In this document: positions 1 through 13,200 of the stretch, in pieces
Position numbering within the stretch: the stretch's first letter is position 1
Layout of the letters: each line of letters begins with the position of its first letter
NCBI RefSeq assembly: GCF_036588685.1
Contig: NC_086374.1
Span: 96,348,001-96,412,000 of the forward strand
Direction of reading: 5' to 3'
DNA from: Mytilus trossulus
Lineage: Eukaryota
Length of the DNA stretch: 64,000 nucleotides
Program-made: the position numbers and the translations under genes
Notes under the pieces: generated by a model
Seen by the model: only the letters and a program-made list of their open reading frames with translations
Told to the model about the DNA's origin: nothing
The model's database searches: none

Positions 1-1154
1 GGGTTATTCCTAGGTATTTTTTTACAATACCACAGTCACCCTCGTGGTCAAAATTTGTTTTCGAACCAAAAACAATAAATACCATTGCATAAGTGTTTTT
101 CTTAATCTTTAAAAATAAGTAATTATAACTAATGATGAATTAGGGAAGTTAAAGATATAACTGTATATCTTGTTATATGTTAAAAGTTTGTTAAAATATT
201 TACACCACTTAATATTCATTTAAATACGTTTCTAGATATATAATCCACTGGACAAACGATTGCTAGATGATATATGTACAGAATGCAAGTATGAAACACA
301 AAGACAAAAAAAGGTACTACAGACACCATAAAGACAGTAAAATCCAAAACATTTTACCAAAATAAGGTTGTAACATAATTATTCTTATGTCTGAGTATAA
401 ATTCATGTAAAGTTATATATTGGCGTTTCTTATGATCAGATTTCTATTGTTTTGAATTTTGGATTAAGACCGATTAAATGTACAGCAAATTAGACGTTTC
501 AAAAAATAATTTTAGTAAAATATCTGATAAGATCACACATACTATATTTTACCATGCGTATAAGTCATTTTGCCAAGGGGAGGTCATAGACAATAATTTT
601 GTAATACATATGCAACTTTTTCTGTTAAAACAGTTAGATTTTATTTATTAAACAAAAATTTAATTCTGATCTTTAAGTTATCATCCTTTAGGTTAGACGT
701 AGGTTTCATAAAGTTAATATCCGCCAACCTGTACTTCATTGTAACGTTCAAATAATGAAAGAAGAAGCAATATTGAATGTGCAGATTGTTCCACTGTGCA
801 CGTTTATAGTGCTCACCGAACAGTTCACAACAATGGCTAACCAGGTTTAATCCACCTTTTTTCTGCGTAAGAATATGCATGTCAGATATATGACAGTACT
901 TTTCCATTCGTTTGATTTAAGTTGTCAGTTTATTTTTCGATCTATGAATTTGACTGTCCCTCTGGTATCGTTTGCCCCTCTTTTTAGACCAAAGTAGAAA
1001 ATTTGAAGGAACTAAATATTTCCATACAGTCTTTAAATAAGGGATAAAACCAAGAGTAAGCTATGAATATGTTCAAAGTGGCCTTAGCATACAAAAGATA
1101 TGTGTAGAGTCATTTATTACATTGGGCAAGTAAAACATTGACTTGCTAGGGTGT

Positions 1155-1223
1155 TCAACAACTGTCACGCTGTGCTTTGATTTGTAGTGTTATAATTGGA
1201 ATGTCTTCATTATTCCAGTCGCC
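1155..1223 (-). CDS. TBH: TBH/DBH last coding exon
   Basis: ttcag|GDWNNEDIPIITLQIKAQRDSC-TGA; the terminal Cys matches the conserved partner of the DOMON Cys. Confidence 0.88.
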   Translation of the reverse strand, partial: GDWNNEDIPIITLQIKAQRDSC

Positions 1224-4200
1224 CTGAAAAAATAGAACTTATAAATTAGAAATATGAGAACTCTGTTGACCAACATTTCTATACTAATAAGTCACCGATC
1301 TACTCATACTGTGGATTTATATATTTTAGTTGGTACCAATTTTCGTGGATTTAGGAAAAATAGCATTTTCGTGGATATCTATTTTTGATGATTTTGGCGT
1401 AGTCATTTCTTTTAAAAGTGTAATTCGTTGAACATTTATATTCGTTGTTTCATTGTATCGATGAATCCACGAAAATAGATATCCATCGAATTTTAACGAA
1501 TACACAGTAGTCATATCTTCAATACTGTCATGATTTAATACAAACTTTTCTTATGTATAAACTTAAAAGATTTTTTTATGAAATTGTGTGTTCAACTCCC
1601 TCAGACAAAGTTGACCTTAAATGAATTTTGGCTATTAGTTTTGGTTAATTTTGGTCATAACGCTCTTCAAGTACTTCGGTTCTAATACATCTTTGGCTAT
1701 AATTCATTTGGCTTTGAGCTTTCCCGATGAAATTATTCCATAAAAGCGCATTGAACGCTGTAATTTATGAAGTGTTGTCTCATGTTTTATTTGGCTAATT
1801 CAATTTTATGATTACAATATAATGTCTCTTACAATGACTCATTTTTTCTAATTATCAAAACAAAGAGACAAATTGAATTCAAGAATTTATATTGATCATG
1901 TTATAATTTTGATTTCCATTTTTTTGTGTTTTTAGGGTTTCATTTTGGCTTCGTAGCACTTCAAAATTTGAATATAATTGCATCGGCCTCAAATAGAATG
2001 AATATATCAGAATAAATGTTTTATAATAATATTTTATCATCACTTTTTTTCTAAAAATGTCAGATTTACTAAATATATTTATGCAACTGATGCGTTCAAG
2101 GTTAACGATTTCCTTTCTTAACACGTATTTGCTTTTTTCTTAAATGTGGATTAATTTAAATTAGTATTGACAGAGAAGAGAAGATGCATCGTTATCAGTA
2201 GTAATAATAAACCATAAGATTTAAACAAAACTAGAAAAATGCAATTGACAGATACTCACTGGGAATCGGGTTCCGTCTGATCGATTACATTGCATCGATA
2301 ATGGTGCGATATCGTAAAAAGTGCTCAACATCTGACTTGCTCGATCAGACCATTTAATGGACTGGTAGTTTTCTGCAACGTTTTGCGTCGATGACGTGTT
2401 ATCTTTGTAACGTCTAAAAATGGAAAAAGGATTTTTATGTTTTGTTGAAGTATAAAACAATACAATTGTCCACTTAAAGCTGCCACAAAGATTCAACTGT
2501 TGTCTTTGTTACGAAAGCTTGTGAATAATTTAATTATAGAAACAGGATTGCAATTGTCTAAAAAAAACTCATTAGTTAAAACGGCAAAATAATGTGTAAA
2601 GTTAAAGAACAGCGAGGACATAACATTTCTAAAGCTTTTGCAAAGCACAGCTTAAGTAATCTTTTGTTAGGGAGGATGTTGTTGCATCTAGACACCTATT
2701 TTTTTAACAGTCATTTAATTAAAATGACTATATCCACACTGATGCTTACGGGAGAGAAACCTCCACCAAAAAGTGGCTTTAACCAATTGATTAAAGATAA
2801 ACTCATCACAGATACCAGGATTATAATTATGAATGCAACGCACGTCTTTTTCAACAAAAGATTATGTTACGCTCGATTCAAGTATATTCTAAGAAAACAC
2901 CAGAATATATACGAAATGGGCACTCAAAACTCATAAGCTGTTCGATTTTTTCCCCAGTGAAATATGCAAAACAGTTACATATGAATACGTTTGTTTGTAA
3001 ATATAATGTCCTAAGGACAATCCATAGCTTTCTATGATACCCTTTTAATAAGTAACAATGCAATAACTAACTATGACATTATCATCTTACTTATTCATAA
3101 ACCTAAAGAATGCCTGAAGGGCGTCTGAGTCGACAGAACTCTTGCAGACTTCTAAATCAACTGCTGGGTAGTAGTGAATATAGTTCACACACATTTCTTC
3201 TTTGATAGAAAAGCCACCCTAAAAATAAAGATTGTTCCGAGGAAGGCTACATTTATATAAGTTGTTTAAATAAAGGCAACAGTAGGATACCGCTGTTCGA
3301 AATTCACAAATCGATTGAGAAAAAAATAAATCCGGATAACAAATTAAAACTGAGGAAACAAAACAAAGATAAGAGGTGAACAGCGACACAACAGAAACAC
3401 AAAAATGAAACACACAAAGAAACAAATTATTACATAACAATAACCATTTTGTACAGGGATATTTCTGTTACATAGTTCCTAAACGAAACAAACAATTAAA
3501 ACAACTTGTAAGACTTTATTTTAAGTATTGTTTGATAAACTGTTAGTTTGGAATTCAAATGCATATCCTCGTTGTAAAAAAATGTATGTGTTTCTACGTA
3601 TTGTTTGTCAATGAATACAATTGTCCCATGGCAGTTCTATTATAAATACGTTCTCCGACGTTTATTTCAAGTTTTTAAAACTGACAAAGAATATGTCAAA
3701 GTATGAGACATGTATATATCAGCATTTAAGACTATTTTTTACTTCTTCTGGTTGCATTAACTAGTAAACGAATTTGTGGTTGAAACTGTCATTTTTATCT
3801 TAACATCATCTGATCAATCTTTATAATATTATGCATAAGTTGTTTTGTTATGTTCAGTTTTTCAGTAATGAATTCATTACTATTCAGACAACTCCTTGCA
3901 GTCAATTCGGTCCGGTTCAGTAGCTTGTCATAGAATTCGGTATGCTGTTGATCTGTATAAAAGAATTCAACTTCTGAGCAATGAGCGAAAAAAGTACTAG
4001 ACAGTAAGCGAATAATCTGAATAAACAGCATTCAATTAACTGCAGTCCTTAGGTCTGAAATTTGAAATTGGCAAAACAAAAAATTACTTTACAATATTCT
4101 GTTCAGTCTTTTATGAGCTGTTTATATCAAATGATCGCTTAAGATTGATATTCGTTTAATAGCGTTGAATAACATGAGGCATAGCCTCAAATTTGCATAT

Positions 4201-7200
4201 ATGTTATGTTGGCATGTGGAGCAGGATCTGCTTACCCTTCCGGAGCACCTGAGATCACCCCTAGTTTTTGGTGGGGTTCGTGTTGTTTATTCTTTAGTTT
4301 TCTATGTTGTGTCATTTGTACTATTGTTTTTCTGTTTGTCTTTTTCATTTTTAGCCATGGCGTTGTCAGTTTGTTTTAGATTTACGAGTTTGACTGTCCC
4401 TTTGGTGTCTTTCGTCCCTCTTTTTTTGGTAAAACACACACCAAAAAACTTATACTACATTCATAATTTTTCTCTTGGAACGCGACTCTAGTATTATTAA
4501 AACGCACTTAAGGGAAATAAATAATCATACTGGCCCGAGATTGAAGTCATTCTGAACACAAATATATAGGGACAGCTTCAAATTGAGGGGTTATATATTC
4601 AATTTGACAGATTAACCCATACTCATTTTTGACCTTTTTCAACTGAACCATATCACTTATCTACCTGTTAATTCATGTCCCAGTTTTTTCTCAAAGTGTA
4701 AAAGAGTGCTCCTACTATCAGCATAGTTTTATCAAAAATATACCGCAATGTATTTTGTCATCAAATTTAAATTTCTGTAAATTCAGTCTGGTGTAATTAA
4801 AACTGAAGTTTAAGGTCATCAAACTGATGTTTCAAACATTTACAATTCTAACTTAATTGTAATGCTGATTAATCTCAGCATATGCTAAATTCAAAAGATT
4901 GCTTACTAATGTGATGTTCTCTCTATCAAGTGTACTATCCTCACATGTAGTTATAAGACTGTCTCCCTAAAAATAATAAGGCAGTATAGCATATATGACT
5001 TACAAAAATTGGCATAGTTTTCGAAATTCATCCCTTTAAAATACTTTTGCGTTTGTTTCAGTCGTATAAAAGTCTACTTAATGTAAAACTATTGCCAGGA
5101 TACGTATCGCAGGTCTTAAAGTGTTTCAAATCGATCTTAAACATTTATCAAACTTTTTTTATTTTTAAAAAGACTAAATTATTGATTAAAAACACAAATG
5201 AGTGCTCTAATCTGCAAAGTATTTACAGCTTTTGTTCAAATACATTACAGTCATAATTGCTATCATTTCTCATATTCTTAAGTAAGATGAACCATGTGCT
5301 TTTAAAAATATTATAGCTGTCAGTGACATTCGTACATACAGCAAACATGAAATATTCCTTTTTTTTATATTGATTGTTTTCTTTATTACTTTATTCTTTT
5401 AAAATGATTACACCTACTGGTAAAACAACGACCGGTTCTTGTAGTCTTCTTATCTCTTGAAAATGTGGACTATAATGATTGTCTCTATTCAGTTCTGGTA
5501 ATTCTTTTCCATTCCTGACATGCTTTGTGTATACACGTTTCCCTGTCATATGCGTGTGCAATTGAGAAGCATATATGTGTATGCCTGTTCTTGGTAACGC
5601 CTGTAAAATGAAAAATATATATATATATATATTTATTGAGAAGCGAAAACTTGACAGCTAGGAACTTATAGCTGGGTTTATACAAGTATGCAAACCTTAA
5701 GTGTATCAACAAATCTGTTTGCCAATACGTTAATTTGATATCATGGTTTTGTTGCAATTAACATGATTTACATTTGTAAACGAAAAATGTTTTCTTTAAA
5801 TTACCTCAATCGAAATTGAATATGTTACTAGATCTCAGCTAGTTTATTTAAAAAGCTGTTGTTTAATATATCATTTAATACATGATTCTCACAGTTCGTG
5901 TGCAATCCGCGATACAGTATCCTGTCAGAGAAAACAAGTTCTGGTTTGGAGGAATCGCCATTTTGTTTGTGTATTCCAACCCCAGCTCCATTATCCCCGA
6001 ATCAAATTTTCTCAGTTTACTTGTAACATACAAACGGATACCAGACGAATCTTTCATACCTGTAAATAATTATAGTATATTAATAAGGCTAAAACAAAAT
6101 TGATGCAAAATGGATAAACATATTACATGCTAAAACATCGGTTGAAATATTTGCGTTATAACAGTATAAAACTGAATGCGAACAGAGAACATCAACATAT
6201 TTGCATAGAGCATTTGGAATGTACTAATTGAAAAATTTCAGCTAATCGAATGTGTCTTAGGTCATGGCAACATACCAAATACATTTTTTATCTGACAATA
6301 AGTTACATTTTTATCACAGTGACTTCTCTCGAGGGGTCAGTGAGTGTCGTTTTGCAATATATAATATCTCTCTCTGTATAAAACATTGAAACTACATCGT
6401 CACTATTAGATTTGTTTTAGAATGCTCGTAAATTAGTAAGTCTTTGAAGCCAGTGCCTTTTCGATATAAGATATGGTAACTGTCATATCTTATAAACAGA
6501 ATTATGTATACAGACAATAACTGTTGATGATGGCAAATACAACTAAGGTGATATTCATGAATTAATTATGATCTAGATAATGAGTTGTTCAAGACAGAAC
6601 AAATGACCACTTTGAATTCAGTGAATAATTCCTACATATATAGGTTCTAAAAAGCTGCAAAAATTCCATAGCAGCATCGTATTTCATCTGAATAGCTGAA
6701 CGTTCTTGTTAAAGCTAGTTTGTATAACGAAATATTGCGTGAATCTACGTAAAATATATTTTCATTACACTCATAAGCGTGTTTAAGCGGCTTTTTAGGC
6801 ATATTATTTGGATATTGTATATATATCTTTTAGAATATTTTCTTTAATAGAAGTGACAATAATGATGGTCTTTTTAAAGGGCCCTTTCAAAACAATAAGT
6901 ATCTCTCTGACATGTCTTAAATCAGTACATGCATAGATAACCTAGTTTTCCTTTAATAACAAAGACTAATGAAAAACACATTATTTTGTAACCGTTAGCA
7001 ATAATGCATGTGCAAACATCTTCATTTTCCTTTATTATGATAGATCTTCCGACTATTTGACATTTGACCTAAATAGCTATTCAGCCAGCTATATAAACAG
7101 TTCTGTTCTCAAAAACCATGACAAGGGTATAAAAGGTAGACAATTAATTATTATGCTCCACCTACAATAGTAGAGGGGCATTCAGTTTTCTGGTCTGTGC

Positions 7201-10200
7201 GTCCGTTCGTCTGTCCGTCGTATCGTTCGTTCGTTCGTTCGTCTGTCCCGCTTCAGGTTAAAGTTTTTGGTCAAAGTAGTTTTTGATGAAGTTGAAGTCC
7301 AATCAACTTGAAACTTAATATGCATGTGCCCTATGATATGATCTTTCTAATTGTAATGCCAAATTAGAGTTTTGATCCCAATTTAACGGTTCACTGAACA
7401 TAGAAAATGATAGTGCAAATTGCAGGTTAAAGTTTTTTGTCAAAGTAGTTTTTGATAAAGTAGAAGTCCAATCAATTTGAAACTTAGTATACATGATAAG
7501 ATCCTTCTAATTTTAATGCCAAATTAGAGAATTTATTCCAATTTCACTGTCCACTAAACATGGAAAATGACAGTGCGAGTGGGTTATCCGTGTACTGTGG
7601 ACACATTCTTGGTTTTTTTTCAATGATTATGCAGGGATAACAAACGAGAATCATCTTTCAAAATTAATTCTTAAATTGCTGTATTAATTACAGAGGAACT
7701 AATTTAATAATTGCCTTTACTTTTATACATGTGCTAGCGATATGCTTTGTCATTACTGTTACCTTGGGTCAGCTGTGGGTTATTATAATGTACCTCTAGC
7801 AACACAAATCTACGTTACAGTTACCTTGGGTCAGCTGTGGGTTATTATAGTGTACCTCTAGCAACACAAATCTAGACCAACCATCACCGCCTACTGGTGT
7901 TCCAGCTTCCTCTGGTAATGTAACAGACTACAATATATTATCTAAGTAACAATGGTGCTGAAAAAATATTGCTTTACCAATACCCATGGGTAAAGAATTT
8001 TATAATTGAAATGTGCAAATACCTGCACATTTTGATAAGACAACGAATTAGAGGATTATTTTCGCAAACGTACAACATTATTGTAGAGTTAAAAATCTGT
8101 TTGTATGACGCATATGGAAAAAAACTGGCTGTAAATTATATAAGACAAGTGAGGTCTTTTTGGTTTGGCATATATATTTGTATTGCATCGCCATGATGGC
8201 TCTTGTCTTACCTAGCACTTATGTTCTAATTAATTATTTGTATACAATATAGAGTAATTACAGAGTAATAACAGAGTCACTGTAAATTATTCTTCCAATA
8301 TTTCAAGCAAGTCAATAATATGCAACACAACTTGCATTTAGGTTGGTAGAATGTGAACATGAAGGGAGCGTAAGATAAACAGGCGGAAAGAGAAAGAGAT
8401 AAGTCTGATAATAAGACACATAAGAAACATTTTACTTCCTTCTTATTGTATAAAACTATTCTTTCGCTCTGTCAATTTAAATAAATTCTGTTAAATTATA
8501 GTTATTTAAAATCTTTATCGTCATGGATATTTTTTATTTTGGAATTGATCGCGACCTATGTGTACTAGTATCTATTACTTACTGATGCGCCCATTGCCCA
8601 TGCGCCAATGACTTTACGACAGATTGACAACCCTGGTGGTTTTCCTTCCGCTAAACCAGGACCATTATATGATGGTACAACTTCGTTTGGTCCGGCTTCA
8701 CAATGAAATAGTTCCATGTGGTGAACAAGATGTTCGTGGCCTTTTTCGATGATCCCTTCATACTACGAGAACACGTAGGAAAAAGGTTTATATATTAAAG
8801 TCTTGTTATAATTTTAAGATGATAAAAACATGGATATTGAGTGGCAACATAATAACTACATTAACTCTTTCAAAAAATTGCTATATATTGGAATTTGCGT
8901 GTTATTTCTCAGTTCTTTTTCAGTTAAAAAAAATATAGTTATTGTGACGTCTTTTTTCACTGCACCAGTACACATTCTTTGTTTGGAGACCAACTGAAGC
9001 CCACTTTCTGGTGCTGGATTTTCTCGGTGTGTTGGAGACTTATTGGTGGCCTTTGTGTTGTTTTTTGCTAATTGGTCGGGATGATGTCTTTTCGAAACAT
9101 TTCCCATTTTAATTCCCAATTTCATCATAAAAACTATCATATTTTAAATACATAATATGATTGGAGAACGTTTGCTTGGTTTGATTCAGATTTACTTCAT
9201 ACATTTTTAGGTTTCTCATTGTAATGTTACCTTGATGATATGATGTTTCCGTTTGAAATCTGGTAACTTCGTTAGATACCACCAGTAAGTAGTATCAGTT
9301 GATGGAACTGTTATCTATAAATATATATAGACAGGAACTTAAACATTATCACACATTTGGAACTAAAAGAGGGGCGAAAGATTTCAAAGGGACAGTCAAA
9401 CTCATAAATTTAAAACAAACTGACAACGCCATGCATGGTGTCATCAAAACCGTGATTATAACATTTTAAGTTCGTCGATAATCTTGTATGCTATTGGCAT
9501 GTGCCTAGATTGATTTCTATGCCATCAATATTTTGATCAATCCTAAAAATTTACACTACGATTTTTTTTGCAGATTAAGAAGTCAAACTATTTAAAACTG
9601 AATAAAGAAAGCCATTCTATAAAAGTTTAATACAATTTATGATCTGTTTACTTTATTTGATAATATTTAAGGAAATAAAGCCGTTCCAATTATTAGATAC
9701 CAATATGCTAAAGTGCAAAATAAAATTGTGATTTCGCCTATAAACAGGTCATTGGACTTAATTGTTGCAGACCATTGCGTATTTGCGTTACCTAGTAGAA
9801 TACATACCTCTTGGTTCGTGACGTCAATTACCGATGTGTCGTCTGGCATGTTCACATCTGGAATATCTGGTTTTAAAATTTGAACTCTTTGCAAGCCTTT
9901 CTTATTCTCTAAAGTGTTGATCCGTTTGGGATATCCGTAGCCAGTGAAAAATATAATGTGTGTCGTTCCATTCTGTTAAACATACAAATAGTTTTATTAC
10001 ATTCTACTTATTTTATACATGTGACGAAACAATGTATCTTGGAATAGGCTCCTGGGTATAAATCAATTTTTTTTCTAATATAGGATTTCGCTATATTTTT
10101 CTCTAAATAAACTTTATCCTATACCTAACAGAAAAATAAAATAAAAATATGGGGTTACTGTTCATTTAGGCTCACAATCTGCCATCGAAAAAAGCATGCA

Positions 10201-13200
10201 TTTTTGTTTAGGTACTTTTTTTCTGTTGAACTAATAGGAGAGAAAAAAGGTAAAATCGAAATAAAAAAAGAACCTAATATAAGAAATTGCTTAAATTTTA
10301 CAATTGTTTAGTTTAAGTGCAGCTTATTTGAAAAAAATGATAAAAAAAATATAGGTCACCGATAAGTTTAAAAAGATATTTCAATTTTAATGCCAAAAAA
10401 TCTCATTTTTTTTCACCGAAGGGAGATAATTTGGAGCTTTTTCAATGATATCAAAATTTTAAAAATCATTTGGGGCTAAAACGCCTTGATTTTTTGGGTT
10501 GATTTTTTTACCATAACATAATGTTACAACTTATAATGTAATGAATAAAATTTGTTATGAAAAATAAATGTTTAAATATTTGCTGATTTTTGTTGTACCT
10601 ACGAGCCTCCTTAAGTGAATCATGAGCTTTTGTATTTGTTCCTTTTATTCAAGATTGAATAAAGTGATATTGCGAAGTGTACAACAGTCTAAAAAATAGT
10701 CGAACATCCTGTTTCCCCCATAATATGATTGAATTATAAATTTATAATTACAATATGATCAATTATACAAGATCGCATATATGAAAACATTCTGTCAAAG
10801 AGTGTCAGAGGAGTTGCATTCAAAAAGTGTCATTGTTGTAATATAGCATTGGCGAATCCAAATGGGGTTTCCGGGGGTTGAACCCCCCTTTTTTTCTTGG
10901 CCGATAAATGCATTTGAATGGGAACATATAGTTAGAACCCCACCCCTTTTGTCTTGGGTTAGGACCCCCTTTTTTTAAATGACTGGATCCGCCCCTGTAC
11001 AATAGTAAAATAATGATCATATCTTAATGACAGTCTTATCAGGTCAACTATTTCTGTGAACAAACAATCCTAGCAAGTACGAGTGCTTTCTGTTAAAAGG
11101 TGTCAAAAAAGTTTCGTGCACAAAGTAACCAGATTTCTCTCAAACGGTCTCTTGAGTATTTGTGTGTTTCGCGGGACAAACGTACGAACAGACGGACGAA
11201 TATAGACCATCACCACCATCCTAACTCATCCCAGCCCCCACCCCAAAGCGTGTGCAAGGTGGTCAAAAACTTTTCAAAATAAAAATGTATACGAAAACTG
11301 CTGCACTAGAATGTTCTTACTTATCATTGTTTTTCAAATGTTTAACAACAAAATGGGTCCCGAATCAGTTTTGTGATATAAACCGCGTTTTAACTAAAAC
11401 TTACGTCTAGCTTGTAATCGTCTCCGTCACATGTATCGAACTTCCTAATGAATTCTAGCGTAAATCTGTTATATTTCCACTTTACAGTACGAGTCCGGAC
11501 GTAGTTTTGGTTTTGGTCAATGTGTATGTATCCTTTATTGTCTGTATGGGCGTCCTAAATTAAAAAGGTAATAAAATAACAAAAGATTTTTTTCACAAAA
11601 ATTAACAAAAGATTTTTTTTAAAAACCTAACAAAACATACTTAGTAGACGATTTGGGTTTACAAATTAATGGAAGTCAAAGTTGACCTTAAACCTCACTT
11701 CTTCCAGTTTTGTATTAAACAATCATACAAGTTTCATACGATTCCTTAATTTTGATTGGCCGTGACATTTCAAAATGTATATTTCATTTCCGTGTAAATT
11801 GCAACATCTAGCATGACTGTACGTGTTCAGTGATAAAGTCAAAACAATGTTTAAACAAACAAGAGAAAGCTTTTTGTAACTAGTATTTTAATGGTTGTTG
11901 CATAATTATGTAATAGTAAGAATTGAATGCTTCATAGGATCGTGCACATCTAAGGCATCCGTTCGAGCTATCCGTTAAGGTGTGACCGAGGCTTAAAAGT
12001 ATGACGCGCTTTCATATTAAATCTGTCTCGGTCAACTCTTTTACAAACTATAATAATACAAAAATAGATATTCAATTCTTGAAGACATTACCAAACTTTC
12101 AAACTGAGTCCGGACTTAAACCATCTCGAAACTAAATACTGGGCATATAATGTTTTCCATTTGACTCTCAATTTATCAATCGTTGGTGAATACATTATTC
12201 ATACTATCTAAAGGAGGAACTTACTTTGAACATTGTATTTCCAAATAAGTCCTTCCAAAACAAAACCGAATCATACTATCTAAAGAGGGAACTCAATTTG
12301 AACATTGTATTACCAAATAAGTCCTTCCAAAACAAAACCAAATCATACTATCTAAAGGGGGAACTTACTTTGAACATTGTATTACCAAATAAGTCCTTCC
12401 AAAACAAAACCAAATCATACTATCTAAAGGGGGAACTTACTTTGAACATTGTATTACCAAATAAGTCCTTCCAAAACAAAACCAAATCATACTATCTAAA
12501 GGGGGAACTTACTTTGAACATTGGATTACCAAATAAGTCCTTCCAAAACAAAACCAAATCATACTATCTAAAGGGGGAACTTACTTTGAACATTGGATTA
12601 CCAAATAAGTCCTTCCAAAACAAAACCAAATCATACTATCTAAAGGGGGAACTTACTTTGAACATTGTTTTATCAAATAAGTCCTTCCAAAACAAAACCA
12701 AATCATACTATCTAAAGGGGGAACTTACTTTGAACATTGGATTATCAAATAAGTCCTTCCAAAACAAAACCAAATCATACTATCTAAAGGAGGAGCTTAT
12801 TTTGAACATTGTATTACCAAATAAGTCCTTCCAAAACAAAAACAAATCATACTATCTAAAGGAAGAACTTACTTTGAACATTGGATTACCAAATAAGTCC
12901 TTCCAAAACAAAACCAAATCATACTATCTAAAGGGGGAACTTACTTTGAACATTGTATTACCAAATAAGTCCTTCCAAAACAAAACCAAATCATACTATC
13001 TAAAGGGGGAACTTACTTTGAACATTGGATTACCAAACAAGTCCTTCCAAAACAAAACCAAATCATACTATCTAAAGGAGGAACTTACTTTGAACATTGT
13101 ATTACCAAATAAGTCCTTCCAAAACAAAACCAAATCATACTATCTAAAGGAGGAACTTACCTTTAACATTGTATTACCAAATAAGTCCTTCCAAAACAAA

